Assembly: GCA_049999805.1 (NCBI GenBank)
Contig: JBNGIO010006013.1
Span: forward strand, 102,336-166,335
Reading direction: 5' to 3'
DNA: 64,000 nt
Source: Folioceros fuciformis
Lineage: Eukaryota
The position numbers and the translations under genes were made by a program. Of this stretch, positions 25,637 through 39,514 are shown in pieces. Every line of letters begins with the position of its first letter. The first letter of the stretch is position 1. The notes under the pieces were generated by a model, which was not told where the DNA came from, made no database searches, and was given only the letters and a program-made list of their open reading frames with translations.

Positions 25637-26063
25637 AAACCCTTCGTTCGCCCAAAGCTTCAACTAGTTGACCTATATCTAAGGCTGGAACCAGTCTTGG
25701 TTGGTTAGTTGCTTTCGCTGTGACCTAACCTCGAATCACGAGATCTGTAGCAACTCAGAATTTGCATTTGCTTTCACTGACATAATCCGGATTTGGCGAA
25801 CTAGTCTCGAGCAGAGAAATCGAGATGCGTCACACAGGCAGGCTGTTCAAGTTTTCCCCGTTCTCCATGTCGTCCAATGTCTTCTCAATCTGTGACAACA
25901 AGAACACAGATTGAGGAGTAGCTGATCGGTACCCAGAAAGCTTTGGAAGGGCAGAACGTTCCTTCACCGATTTGGGACTTGAGTTATGAAAAACATGCAA
26001 ATTTGACACCCTCCACCGTGAGGAACCAGAAGAGGACTGCATTTGCGTTTTCGGACGGGCAGG

Positions 26064-29000
26064 ATGGCATACAATATTGGTGTCAAGCCCCTTCCTCTTG
26101 ATGCTTGCATAGGATTTGAAGGAGCAGTGAACTCCGGATTGATGCTGCATCCCAATGGAACCACGATGCTCTATCCTCTGGGAACCACCATTGTCCTTCG
26201 CAACATTGTAACGTCCTAACATCTTCTTGCCAAGATTGCATCGGAGAAGTGGGTATGAGCAGAATGTTTGTCCAAACCTCGGTGGAAAATTTAGCATCTC
26301 GTAATTGGTGCAGGCCGATATGAAGTCGCAGGAGTTTCTAATGGGGCACACAAATCGTGTGTCCTGTTTGGCTGTATCAAAGACGGGGCGTTATGTCGCG
26401 AGTGGACAGGTTTGTTTATATGCACCCGTCGACCCTAGGTGTCGCTGTGATCGAACACAACGCCCAAAGATTTTGGCCTGTGCTCCACACCAGCTTGAGC
26501 TTGCAAGTCTGCACTGATTGTCCGTGGCGGATCACAGATTGCTCATATGGGATTTGCAGCCGACATTATTATCTGGGACTTTGAAGCTCGAAAGCTTATC
26601 CAAAGGTTAATTCTTCACAAAGTAAGGACTAATGCGAAACCACTGCAATTGCAGCGTGACGTTGTGCATCACATAGTTTTTGTTATCTGTAGTTTTGTGA
26701 ATTAGGCATTTGAAATTTCCCTTTGTTTACTTGCAGTGCTTGCCTTATGCCGTGGTAACAATGAACAGGTGAAGGTGCAAGGTGTCAGCTTTTCCCCAGA
26801 CGAGGAGTTTTTGGTATCTGCTGGCGGCCAGGATGACTTCAAGCTGGTAGTATGGCATGTGAAAACAGGAAAAGCTGTTTGTGGAAGTCCTGTGCCCTAT
26901 GATCATGCGCAATGTGTTACGTGGTACACCAATTCAAGTACGCAACTAATCACAGCAGGAGCTTTTAAACTTCTTGTTTGGAGATTTGACTGTCCCAATA
27001 GAAAGGTGCTGCCTGTGGAATGTCACTTGGGTAGCTTCAAGCGGATCTTTCAAACTTTGGTTAGTGTGAACAGCATGGCATGGTCATGTTTCTGTTTTCC
27101 GGACCAAAAGGCTGTTGAGCGTGATGTAGCATGAAACTGTAAGTAATCAGGGTTTCTGATTCCCTAAACAGCAAGTGGATGCGAATGACGAGTTTGTGTA
27201 TGCTGGTACACGAACAGGAGACATTCTGCAGGTTTGCACAATTTTTCCTTTTCAGAATCCTTGGTCTGAAGATGTTCTTGCTTTGCCAGTCATCATCTCT
27301 ACTGCCTTGAGAAACGTAGCTCAGTTTCAAGACAATTTTTTCCATCGATCGCGGGTTGGTGTGGGGGAGCAGGTCAGCTTGGGGCCAAAGCTCTTCAAAA
27401 ATCATGGACCCAAAATTGTCATTGGTCAAGGTGTGTTTTGCACAGCAATGACGCCAGCTGGTGATCTGGTAGTGGGTGGAGGGAATGGAACTGTTACCCT
27501 TTTAAGAACTTCAAACATGAGGAGTATTTGCAGCACAAAAGTTCAAGGGGGTGTGACGTCAGTGGCAATTACAAACACTCGTCCAGGAGATTGTTTCGAC
27601 GTTTTTGCTGGAACAACTGTCTGCAACATTTATCTTGTCAGGTGTGTTCTGTTTTCCTTCACTGAACCGCGTCAAATGTGAAAGGGGTGAAAACAGTTGC
27701 AACTTAGAACGTCTTCCACATTCTTGAAAGAATTGAGCAATGCCGTGTAGCAATTTTTGTTTGTCATCTACCAACGCTGGCAGATATGATGGAAAGACCA
27801 AAACAATGATTTCAAAGCTGCTGCAAACTTGCCATTTTGCAAAAATCAATGATATTGCATTTCCAGCTGGTTATAGTGAGGTTTTTGCTACTTGCTCCCA
27901 AGCAGATATCCGGATCTGGCATTCAAATGAGTTTCGCTTGCTCCTAAGAATTCAGGTCTGTGCTGCCTTTTGATTACTCCCGTGAGGTGTCGCGTGTAGC
28001 AGGCTTAGCGTAGAGGGGTGCTTCGCACACTTCCTACTTGGAGTGTGTCTCATCTGTGCTTGATGTGCGGCTATACTTTTTATGCAGTGTGAAAATATTG
28101 ACTCACGGGACAAAAGTTCACTAAATGAGGAGTGCTACTGTTTGGCATTTATGCCTGATGGGAAGAGTCTGATCAGTGGTTGGAGCGATGGAAAAATCCG
28201 AGCTTTTGGCCCCCAGTCAGGCAATCTGCTGTACATGATACATGATGCACATCCAGAGGTTGGCTTGGTTCGTGGCCGAAATTAATCAGTGCCCCTGGTC
28301 TCCGTACCCTGACAGTGTGAGACAAGGTTTTGCAGGGGGTGACTGCTATTTGCGGGACTTCTGACAGTGCACGCATTGTGAGTGGAGGTGTTGAGGGTCA
28401 GGTAGTCCACTATCCAATTGTTCACCCGCGGCACAGACTAGCAGTCACAGAACTTCGATCCTTCTGTATCACCAAATTTGCCGTGGTTAAGCCATGTTGA
28501 CTTGAGGTTGATTTTTTATTTTTTTTGTGACGCACCCCTAGGTTCGGGTTTGGAAGATTGGACCATATAGTCACTGCATGATAGCATCGATGAAGGAGCA
28601 CAGGGCCCAAGTGAACTCTGTGCAGGTAGACGCAGTTCCAGCTGCTGTATAGCTTGCTTGATGTTATGCAGGTTTGCAAGGATACTGACAACTGGAAACA
28701 ACGTAGGTGAGGAAGAATGATAGCGAATGCGTAAGCTCAAGTAGCGATGGTTCTTGTATTGTGTGGGATATGACGGTTGTCACTCTCAACCTTCCAATCA
28801 AGAAGTTTCAACTGGATTTTCTTGTTCTGTACATGGTGCCTTACTAGGTTACCTATTCAGTAGTGTGATATGGTCACATGCATGGTGACAGAGGTATGCC
28901 AGAAATCAGAGTTTATATGCATCGACATTTTTCAAAGCTATTTATTACCACCCTGATGAAAGCCAACTTCTAAGCACGGGGACAGATCGAAAGGTGAAAG

Positions 29001-29494
29001 AAGACCTTTCCTTCGCTGTTGAGTAAATTTATGCAGCCCTTATGTTTCTCTGCTCCATTTGTAGGTGACTTACTGGGATGCTTATGACTGCCAAGCCATT
29101 CGAGTGATAGACGGATCGCTGACTGCAGAGGTAAACGATCTGAACATCAGTCCCGACGGGGAGGGTTTTGTGACTGGAGGAGTCGACAAAGAGGTGAAGC
29201 TTTGGAACTATGACGAAGGGCACTGCTACTACATTGGTCGCGGTCACAGTGCGCCAATAACAAAGGTGATGCTTCCCAACGAGACTGCTGAAGTTCGCGA
29301 CTCCATCCTCGAGCTCCTTCATGTTAAAACCAATATTGGTCGTCTGGTTGCAGGTCAGAATCAGTCCCGATCAAACGCGGGTTGTCTCAGTTGGAGAAGA
29401 GGGGGCCATCCTCATTTGGGATTATAAGCCACCCAAATCAAGCTCACCTCCAGAGGAAAAAGCACTTGTGAAGTCTCCTCGCTCTCCAAAGTGA
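26064..29494 (+). CDS. CFAP52: Cilia- and flagella-associated WD40 protein 52 (WDR16/FAP52), multi-exon
   Basis: N-terminal LDACIGFEGAVNSGLMLHP..LYPLGTTIV, QEFLMGH, FATCSQADIRIW, SGWSDGKIRAFGPQSG and TYWDAYDCQAIR. GT-AG introns. Confidence 0.9.
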
Positions 29495-29976
29495 TCTCTC
29501 TCGCCTTTCTCATGGTCAATTCATACGCTCCGACAGTCCGTAAAGAAAACCGGATCTGCGAAGGTATCAGCGGGTTGAGGTATTGGACGTCTGTGGCTGT
29601 GACGGGACGTCACTGCTGTCAGCTACTCCTAGAGAAATCAGTCCATCTCATCGTTATCTCACGTTCACTGAGAAGAAATATTTTCTTGAAGTGCTTTTGC
29701 CTAAGAACTGACAGAAAGAATGAGAAATTAATGATCTCGTGCAGTAGGATCATATCTTCATGATCTCACGCTGCGAAAATCATGTTCAGTCCTAGTTCCT
29801 ACATCTTTGCGCTGGAAACCTCGTTGCCACCCCGTGCACTTGTAGGAGAGCACCACACTTCCAAGGCAAGACAAGGTGAACTTGCACACACATCTTGCTG
29901 TTGGCGGGGCGCCGATGAGGATTACCCCTTGCGTTCGCCGATGGTATAAGCACCAGGTTCCTGAGATAGCTAGCAC

Positions 29977-31367
29977 CTAAAGAGGCTTGCCGCACGCCGA
30001 TGGGGACCTCTGGTCACCTCCTCGGCAGAAGTCCAGATAGGAGGGGCAGCTGTCTAAGCAGTTATCCACAAGACTGGCAGTCAAGTCTGGCATGGGTGAA
30101 AGCAACGGCGAAGGGATTTCCCCAGTCAAAAAGTTTTTATCCAAGAAAAGACGATCAAGCTTGTCCACACCTGGTATTCTCCCTGCCACCTTCTCCGCAT
30201 ATAGCTGGGGAATGGCCCCAGTGAACCGATTTTGTCGCAAGGACAAGGCGTGAAGATGCTGCATGTAAGCGAAATTCGGTGGAAGGTTACCAGCAATGAA
30301 ATTGAAGCTCAGATCGACTGCCACCAGCACGCTGCCGACTCCTTGCATGTTTGGAACACTGATGCTGGTAAAGCTGTTGTGCGACAAGTTAAGCTGCTGA
30401 AGTGATGGAAGTTGGAAGGGAGAGAAGGGTATACGCCCTCGTAAATTGTTGCCTGCTAAGTCCAGGACTGCGAGATGGGTTAGCAGATCCAAGTTTCGAG
30501 GTAACAAGCCAGCGATTTGGTTGTTTCTCAGTGAGAGAAGAATAAGACCTGAGGGCAAACCATAGGGCAAGTGACCTGAAAACCTGTTTGCACTTGCATC
30601 CAGGTATTGAAGCCGAGTGAGATCACGCAGAATGGGGAAGGGCCCGGTGAAAGAGTTCTTGTTGATGTAAAGCTCCGTCAACTGTGTTAGCTGGTTGAAG
30701 AAGTACGGGAGGCGGCCCCCCAACTTGTTCTTCGCCAACGACATGAACTGTAGACTTCCGAGCATAGCAAAAGAGGCAGGTATAACTCCCGTTAGTCCAT
30801 TGTTGGAGACGTCCAGGCGTCGCAGCTGCGAGAGCTGGCCAACACTGTCGGGAATGCTCCCCTCAAAAAAGTTGCCAGACACATCCAGTTCCTGGTCCAC
30901 TCCAGGACAAGTGTTAAGACAGAGCTCCACATCCGGGCATTGAGACCCGGAAAAGCTCAAAACAGCAGCACAAACAACCAGGATGCTCGCTCCCTTACCT
31001 GCAATGCGGACAAGTTCCCGATTGCTGGTGACAATGCTCCTCCGTAAGCACCGTAATCCAGAGTGAGTCGCGTGACTCGCATTTGCCCTTGCAAGCCCGG
31101 CTCGCAAGCGAATCCACAGACGAAGACGACAGAGGACTGTGGTTCGCACGGATCATAAACGAAGTCCCATGAACCAAGGCAGGAAGAGAAGGAGATCGTA
31201 GTCGGATCTATACGTGACTTCAAATCGATAAGTGCCTGTCGATCTGCCGGAAAAGTGAGCGCATCCGCGTGCATCAAAAAAAGCGCTGTCCAGGCCACAC
31301 TGAGAAAGAGATTTGCTGATAACTCATCTTCTTTTCTCCGACAGGCGTGGGGACGAAGGTGTGCCAT
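29977..31367 (-). CDS. Secreted plant LRR protein lacking TM and kinase domains
   Basis: Signal-like N-terminus, LRRNT cap (DRQALIDLK...SWDF..DPC), about 9 LxxLxLxxNxLxG repeats and a Cys-rich C-cap. Intron 30892-30998. Confidence 0.88.
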
Positions 31368-33849
31368 GGTGGAAACAGCAGGACCAGTTTCTGAAATATC
31401 GTGCTCCCGTACATCCACTCTATCCTTCCATGATCACCAACATACAGCGACCAGGAGCAGGGACTGGGAAAAGACAGCCATATACGACCAATAGGTCTCT
31501 TTCGCAAGGCTGAGGGTGGCAGACACAAAACAACGATGTTAGAACATCTCGCGCAGGTTCTCGGCATTGGGAGCTGCCGTTACCCCTTGCCAATCTCCCA
31601 GAGAAACAACAAATTTGGGAGTCGAAATGAACAGAAAAAACGACAGGCGTCCAGTCGCCTGCGAACCACCCGTGGTGCCCAAGCTGTGAAACAAGCGAAG
31701 GCGCAGAAAATGTTTCTGCAGGTGGCGACAGGGGCAAGACGACGAAAAAGACAGAGCAAGATCCAACTGACAAGTCGAACCAACGCAACAGTATGACTCG
31801 GGACTCCAATTTTCCAGCCTTCACACAATCGTACTTCCGCCGAGTTCCCAAACCAGAGAACCGACCTTGGACAAAAACCACAACTCCTCACCTTCAGCTG
31901 TGAGCGACAGGCCTGCCCCTGGCCCGCTTCAGAAATCAATGCCCGGTACCCCGCCTCCAGCTTGCCCTCCAGTTCCTCGGCCTTGGCCGCGTCTCCAGGA
32001 TGTGCAACACAGAGCGCCCCCTCGCAGTCGAGAAGCCAGAACGCACAGTCCAAGCAAATTCCTGCGCACCCGCAGGAGAGGTCAAGAGGGCTGCGGAGCG
32101 CTGCTGGAGATTTTGTTCCCCGCTCCGCAAGCCGCTCTGCCGGCTCGCCTCACCTCGCCTTGTGAACGCCTGACAACAGGCGATGACAAATCGCGACTCC
32201 ACTAACCAGTCCCGACAGACTCCACACAAGAGCTGGCAGGGCCGGGGACGGCCGACTATCGGGGTCCCTCCCGGCAAAATCTAAAGCCCTGTGGCCCGGA
32301 AACCTCCATCGATAGGGGTGAGTCGTTCGTGAGTCGTACAGGCCCGGTATGCATGAATGTACATACATTGTAGGGGTGTCGTCACGAGAGGCTGGTTCGT
32401 GCGGCAGTGCTACTTTTTCCCGTTCCGTCACGGCGAATCCCCGTAATTTGGCCCCCGAAGGCGGCGCAACGTGCCAAAGGTCGAGGCCGTCCAGGTTACT
32501 TTTGTGCTAATGGCGGGTGGCAATGGGTAGGTAGTAAAGAAAGGGAAAGAAGATGCTCGTGCCACGCATGGGCTCGTGACAGCATATGATAATAGGTAGA
32601 AAGTGAAGATAAACAGAGCGTAAGGCTGCTACTACATGCAGTACAGTACAGAGGAGGAAAAGCCGCGGCGATATCATGACACTGCGCCACTGACCGGCTC
32701 ACGTGCCATGCTTTGAGGCTAACATCAAGCAAGCCCGGCAAGTGCAGTGGAAATCCGGATTCCAGGACAAGTGCGGTGTCTTCAATAAGATCGTCCATCT
32801 CCGAAAGCTCCCGCTCGCGAGCCAGAGTAAAGAATGGGCGGCAAAGCATCAAACCCGCATTCAAATCCGCCGTTGGGTGGCCGGGCCTCGGTCAAAGTGC
32901 CGGCCACAGTCACCAGACGGCAGACTGCAGACTGCTGAGCTCTCTCCCCTCGCAAGTGGCCCCAGCTCGGCGCTCATGAACAATGGAGCAATCGCAGTCC
33001 GTAGCAATGGGGACCTGACAAGAGCGGGCCCCGGCTCTGTCCGCTCGTTTTCCGTGCCTCGGCCAGAGGCCACCTTCCTCGCCCGCCCGCTAGAGGACAC
33101 AACCACGCAAAATGGCTGATCTACAACCTGACAGGAGGGGGACGGTCGGCAGCCGCAGCCGCATTTGACACGCACAGGGAATTTTAGGAAGGTGAGCACC
33201 GTTAGCCACATCAGAATCTCAATTCTCACATCTTTTTGCCGCCCGCGAACATCGAAGCAGGCAAGCTGAAAAGCGGACCTAGCAATCTGGAGGCAGCATA
33301 TGCTATCTGGTCACTACTTTAGGAGCATGGTGTGGTCGTCGCTGCTGTGTTGGAATAGACTCGGTAGTCTGTCTGCACAATGCGCGTGGACGTGATCTCG
33401 GCTGATGGACAGGAGGGCGTCAGCAATGCCGGACGCCATGGACCGCGGGCTTAAAAAATATTGACACAGTCCGTGGGGAGAGCAGGATTGGATGGACGGG
33501 ATGGCAATCGTGCTTGGAACCCCCCTGGATCGTGGAATGCTGGATGCCACTCGCCCGTCCGATGGGCATCGTCCATGACGTTCAAGGCAGGAGCGGGCAA
33601 GAGTCGGAGGCGAAAGGAGCGGCTTTGTGCTCACATGTCTGTCCGGAGAGTGGTGGGATCCATGTGGTTGCCGCAATTTGCTCTGGGCCGAGGGATATCG
33701 TACGGAGATGGGATATCTGGTCGGGGCCACATCCAGGGCTGGCGCTCCACGTTAAGAAACCCAGCCTTGTACCGATTGTACTCCGGACACCCAATGCAAG
33801 AAGATGGGCACAAACATGCTATTTCCTTTAGGGTGTTAATATAGACTGG

Positions 33850-34860
33850 CTTTGTTGTATGGACTTTGAAAAGTCCATGCCCAATGAGTCTCAAGAGTCT
33901 CACTCTATCGGCGGCAGTCAGCGAATGCTCTTTGCAAAGCAATGGATACATGTTGTTGAAAGAGGGCTACCACATAGAAGAGAACATCATTCCTATGACT
34001 AAAATAAACATTGAGTTTCAACAGGGCTATCACATAGAAGAGAACATCATTCCTATTGACTATAATAAACATTGAGTTTCAACAGGGCCACCACATAGAA
34101 GAGAACATCATTCCTATGACTATAATAAACATTGGGTTTCAACAGGGCCACCACATAGAAGAGAACATCATTCCTATAACTATAATAAACCTTGGGTGCA
34201 TTCGTTCATGAACCTAGAAAAGTCCTTGCCCATGGCCCCACGAGTCTTAAGAGCAAGAGGATGAAAATATGGCTTGTCTCACAAGGAAGAAAACTTATGG
34301 ACTTTTGATGCTTCCACAAACCTATTCCCTCTAGTGAAAAAAAAGGTTTGTTGTAAGTGAAACTCCATTGCGCAAAGTATATGGACTCTCCCTATATAGA
34401 AGAAACCTACACTCCTTAACCATTAAGAACGTGACATCTCGAAGTTAAAAAAAAGGTTCGCTGTAAGTGAAACTCCATTGCGCAAAGTATATGGACTCTC
34501 CCTATACAAAAGAAACCCACACTCCCTACTAACCATTAAGAACGTGACATTTCGAAGTGAAAAAAAAAGTTCGCTGTAATAAGTGAAACTCCATTGCGCA
34601 AAGTATTTGGACACTCCCTATACAAAAGAAACCCACACTCCCTAACCATTAAGAACATGACATCTCGAATTACATCATGGTTGGCAATACGTTACCGCTG
34701 ATGGGAAAACATGCCAAATGGACCTTGGGAAAACATGTCAAATGGACCGTGTATCGACAATGACAACCCCACAACTATATGTAGAGATAGAGAGAGAGAA
34801 AAAGCTAAGGAGAGAAAAAGCTAAGGGGTGGGCCAAACTTAAGAAAAATCTCATAGTCTA
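33850..34860 (-). mobile_element. 3' remnant of a CRE-like non-LTR element with internal tandem repeats
   Basis: 34200-34860 aligns with 56800-57440. 60-bp x4 repeat at 33963-34195 and ~110-bp x3 repeat at 34340-34670. Confidence 0.65.
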
Positions 34861-34879
34861 CTACAGTAAAGAGACCTAA

Positions 34880-36186
34880 ATATTAAATTAGCAACTTCCA
34901 ACTTGCATTAAGCATTTGATGAATAACTCTTCTTCCACACCACAAAGTTCAATGGTTAAGGTTCGATATCAATCTCTTCATGTCACAAACAAGCTTCCCA
35001 TAATTTACATGGGGATGAAAACCCAATGTTATTTTTACATAAGGGTTTTACATAGATTACATATAGGCCCTACCCACTTTGGCCATTGAGACTCTATTGA
35101 ACAAGAGCTAAATATACTATTGGGTACAACATTAACATCTTCGAGCTTGTCTTCTTTGTAATATTTTAAGACACCCATCTCTTTCATAACATTAGATGAA
35201 GTCTACTTTGGTGGTAGCCTAGACCTCGGCAAATAATTTTTACCTAGAGGTTTGAAGCCATGTGTATATATTTATATATATATATGACATTTTATACTTT
35301 AGAAAGTATCAAATAGAATCGTTTTAGTCTAAAGTTGGAGGCATTAAGTAATTTTACCCTAAAATAAATTAATTCTATCTCTTTTCTAAAAACTAAAAAA
35401 GAAAATAATTACTTAAAATTATGAACAAGAAAGATTTAATAGTAGCTTGTAGAATGCCTCAGCTTCAATTCTTTAAGAATTATAAACAAGAAAGATTTAA
35501 TAGTAGCTTGTAGAATGCCTGAGCTTCAATTCTTTAAGCTGGGCTACCAACTATAGTCCTACACCTATAGTCCACCAAGTGGTTTCCTCACCTATAGTCT
35601 CCTTCATTCCGAGCCATTGTGCCCTCGACAAGTCTTCCTTTTGTCATTTTGAAACGAAGGCATCAAACTCCTCCTTCATCTTACTCAGACCCACAGGCAT
35701 AATTTCGGCCTATGAAACTTGTTTTTCAAACTAGTTACATTCTTGTGACTATAACTACGAAGGCCCTCTACGATGCAGCTCATGGCTCAACTTCTTCACC
35801 ACAATAGATAAAGTCGGGTAGACTTCATCTATGAAAGAACTTTGTTTGAGATAATCCTCCTAGGCATGCATTGAGCCCCAAACCTCTGTGGTGTTTGGAA
35901 GCCTCCCTTCTAAAAGTGTTATGTTCGATCTCAAGTGGAGGTCTTGAGACGATGTGAAGGGAGGCCATCAGGGAAGAAAGAAAACTGAAGCTATCAAAAT
36001 TTGAGTGTCAATGAGTAACGGGGTTGAGATGTCACAAGTGAGGAGTAGACCAAGGATGCAGAGCTTCAACTCCACCATGTGATGCATGAAAATGAAGTCC
36101 TCGCACTTGGCAAGCTCGTGAGTCCCCACTTCTCCATCCTGGATGCTTCTGGTGATGATTCGATCAAAAGAAAGGGGGGATAGAAG
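34880..36186 (-). mobile_element. Possible highly decayed LINE ORF2 3' fragment
   Basis: AT-rich, with weak CNLC and VVWKKS-like motifs and a DGEVG segment resembling GGLG. 61-bp tandem duplication at 35417-35538. Confidence 0.3.
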
Positions 36187-37348
36187 NNNNNNNNNNNNNN
36201 NNNNNNNNNNNNNNNNNNNNNNNNNNNNNNNNNNNNNNNNNNNNNNNNNNNNNNNNNNNNNNNNNNNNNNNNNNNNNNNNNNNNNNCAATGGATTACCTG
36301 TGGTGAAGAATGATTTATGAAGGTGTTGCTGTCTTCTACGACAGCTCCAGGTGACGACAATCCTGTGGGTAGTTTCTTTTGGGTTTTGGTCAAAGCATCG
36401 GGCTGTGCGAGGACGCCGCAGTGCTCCGTGGAAAAATGACATTGTTTGGCTCTATTGGGAAGTTGTCCGTGGTTGTAGGTCCAACCATGCACGCTCCTTG
36501 TCCACATCTGCCATGCGTGTTACAATCCGCTCTCGTTCGGCGTGGAGCACAAACGAAGCTAGGAAAGGGCGGCCCGCACTTCTGCGCCCAAGGGAAAAGT
36601 TCCCACTCTTCAGGTGCGTTGGGCATGGATGTGGGCAAGGATCGGCGCGCTGGAAAGCCCATGTCCAAGAGGCGGTCCACTGATTGAGGGAAGGCTCGTG
36701 GATGTAACCACCACATCCTCAAAACCTACTTTCGAAATGCTCTCTCACGTACTGCGTGTACAAGCGCCATTTTATCAACAGTGCAAGGACTCCAGGGTTT
36801 CCCCTTCCTAGGCCATCTGACAGGTCACGGAGCGGTTTTCTGTTGAGTCAGAGACGGAATAGAGTAATGCGGGAACGAGAGGCGTGGCAACGCCGGCATG
36901 GTGGCGACAAGCTGGAGCTGGAGGGCGAGTGACTGCGGCCACCTGCAGGCCGTCAGGAGAGTCCATGATGAGAGCTGTGGGCTCCGGGACCCGGGCACGA
37001 CCCTCTGCAGCGGACGGGTGGTGCTGGCCTGGCCTCGAGCTTGTGGCTCCCAGCTAGCAGAGCATCGGAGCTGCATACTCTGTGCTGCTCCTCTCTCACG
37101 GAAACCTTTGGATTCCGTGGTTGGCATGTCCGGCTGTTGCAAGAAATGTTGCGATATTGCACTGAGACACCCAGGCCTGCCGCGGCAGACCCTGACATAA
37201 GGCCGCGGCGTCCTCGACTTCTCGCGCGTTACGAAGCGCCTGCCGGATGCAGCAGCAGCTGCTGCTGCTGCTCGGACCTCCTGCTGCAGGGAATTATGCG
37301 GAGCGGTTTGAGAGCCCGAGCACTCGCGGCCCCGGCACAGAGTAGGCG

Positions 37349-37981
37349 ATGACGGGGGAGCCGGAGGCGGAAGCTGCGGTGTGCTCGTCCCCGGGGCCGC
37401 TGGATCCGGAGCTGGCGCTGTGCAAAAGCAGGAGCAGGCTGGATGAGGCGTTTGAGAAGCTGGAGAGGCTGATTGACCGCACCGAGGGACGGCTGAAGGC
37501 GACCCTGGCCAGACTCGACTCTGTGGAAGCGGAGTTGAAGTGAGTCTAAACTTGATTGACAGTCTCGTCTTGCGTCAAGAGAGATCATGGCCCTGATGCC
37601 GAGCAATGTCTGGTATGCAGTGAGATGAAACTGGCCAAGCACTCTGCTTGCAGCGCCGTGGCGGAGCTGGAAGGCAACATGGCTGAGAGGCGGAGCAAGC
37701 GGAAAGGCCGGAACCTGGTGCCCAGCACGCTTTCCACGCCCCCGGGGGCGACGCGGGCGGCTTATGCGCGGCCTAGGGGTTCCTTGGACAACCTGCAGCG
37801 CGTCCTGTCGGAGAGGGGAATCCAGCTGGGGGACGATCTCCTCAACAGAATCGCTCGTTACAGGAGGAAGAACGTCGTCGGAGCTCCTCCCAAGACCTCC
37901 GCTTGGACGCAGTCCCGGAGGACGCTGGATTATAAGCTCGCGAGTGGCAGCAGCGCGGCATCCGCCACTAGCTTGTCTTGA
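37349..37981 (+). CDS. Unknown coiled-coil protein, tandem paralog A
   Basis: Exons 37349-37539 and 37621-37981 with an 81-nt GT-AG intron. Conserved with paralog B. Confidence 0.8.
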
Positions 37982-38704
37982 GACTTGTTCAACCTTGATC
38001 ATCGCATGCCGTGCTCCGCGGCATGCGCTGTGCATCCTATTGTAGCGTCCTTGAGCATCGCCCCCCAGTGCTTAGGGTTACGAGCCGGGCTGGAAACGGA
38101 GGCTCTCGAAGTCCCGGTTGTGATTCCAGTTGCCGCGCCAACGTATTTGTTTTCGTGCCCGTGCCCTGCCCTGCCCCTTTGATGTTGCTGTTGCGCAGTT
38201 CGCGAGACGATCATGCTGTCGCAGCGCCGACTGATTGATTCCGATTCCCCGCTGCTCTCATCAGGGCCAGTCACCTGCCCCGCTCGGCTGGTTCCCCGCC
38301 GGGGGAGATGATGGCTGCCGCGTCCGCTGCCGTGCTCCTCGTTGCCCCCTTTCGGCCGCTGAGGTGTGCTGCTGGCGTCTTCTTGTTTGGACCGGACCGG
38401 CTTCACGGGAGTCGGCTGCCACAGCTGACGCTNNNNNNNNNNNNNNNNNNNNNNNNNNNNNNNNNNNNNNNNNNNNNNNNNNNNNNNNNNNNNNNNNNNN
38501 NNNNNNNNNNNNNNNNNNNNNNNNNNNNNNNNCAGGCCCGCGGAATCGTGCGTTTGGCAACCATTTTCCGCACGGACCCGCTCGTAGAGAGTGGCGAGCT
38601 GTCCGTGCTCTCGTTGTTGCGTGCCTTCCTCGTCGCTCCAAGCTTTTTGTCAAATTGCGCTGCGCGGACTCTTAGGCAAGGGCCTGGTGTCTGAGCTTAG
38701 CCGA

Positions 38705-39380
38705 ATGATGACGAACTCCGATGGAGCATTAGCGCAAGGGGAAAGGGCAGGAGAAAGGGAAGGAGAAGAGAAGGAGGAAGAAGTCTCGCCCGGGAAGAGC
38801 AAGCTGGACGAGGCGTTTGCTAAGGTCGAGCGACTCATAGACTCCACTGAAGGCCGGCTCAAGCAAACCCTGGCGAGACTGGAGTGCGTAGAGGCGGAGT
38901 TAAAGTAAGGCCATACGCCCCCTTTTGGTTTGCACCAACGTGTATGGAGGAGACGCGTTTCCTTATTTGCTCCGGTTGTGTCTCATTTATCGCAGTGAGA
39001 TGCATCTAGCGAAACAGTCTGCTTGCCAGATTGTTGCGGAGTTGGAAGGGGACATGAAGAGGAGGAAACGTGGGTTCCTCATGTCGGGGTCACGGACACC
39101 CGGGCGGCCTAGCTTTGTTTCACCGCAATCACCCACCCGGGTTACTGCTCTGCAGCAGCCTAAGCGATCCCTCGAGACATTACAGCGCACACTGTCAGAA
39201 CGAGGGGTCCAGCTTGGAGAGGAGCCGACGGAGGCTAAGTTGACAGCATTGCAAGTTGGGAGACGAGGAGTTTTGCCTAAAGCCTCCGCGTGGATGTATG
39301 CCCAAAGGAAGCTCGATTTCCGTTTTGCAGGTGCTGATCGTGCACCGACTAATCCGATCAGTGCATTTCTGTCCAAGTAG
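38705..39380 (+). CDS. Unknown coiled-coil protein, tandem paralog B
   Basis: Exons 38705-38904 and 38996-39380, with the same intron position and phase as A. Shared LDEAFxKxERLIDxTEGRLKxTLARL. Confidence 0.8.
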
Positions 39381-39514
39381 CTTCTCAAAGCGAATGCTTA
39401 CAAAGATGAATGTTTTCGCAGCACTTCCTTTCCCCAGCTCCAGTGACTCAGAGAGCGAGTGTAGGATAGGCATTCAGTACAAGTATTGATAAGCTGGGGA
39501 GGTCGCAAGTGCCG

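Noticed and set aside
31900-33800. Many overlapping 60-150 aa ORFs
   Set aside because: No recognisable motifs or consistent splice model; probably UTR, promoter or GC-rich intergenic DNA.
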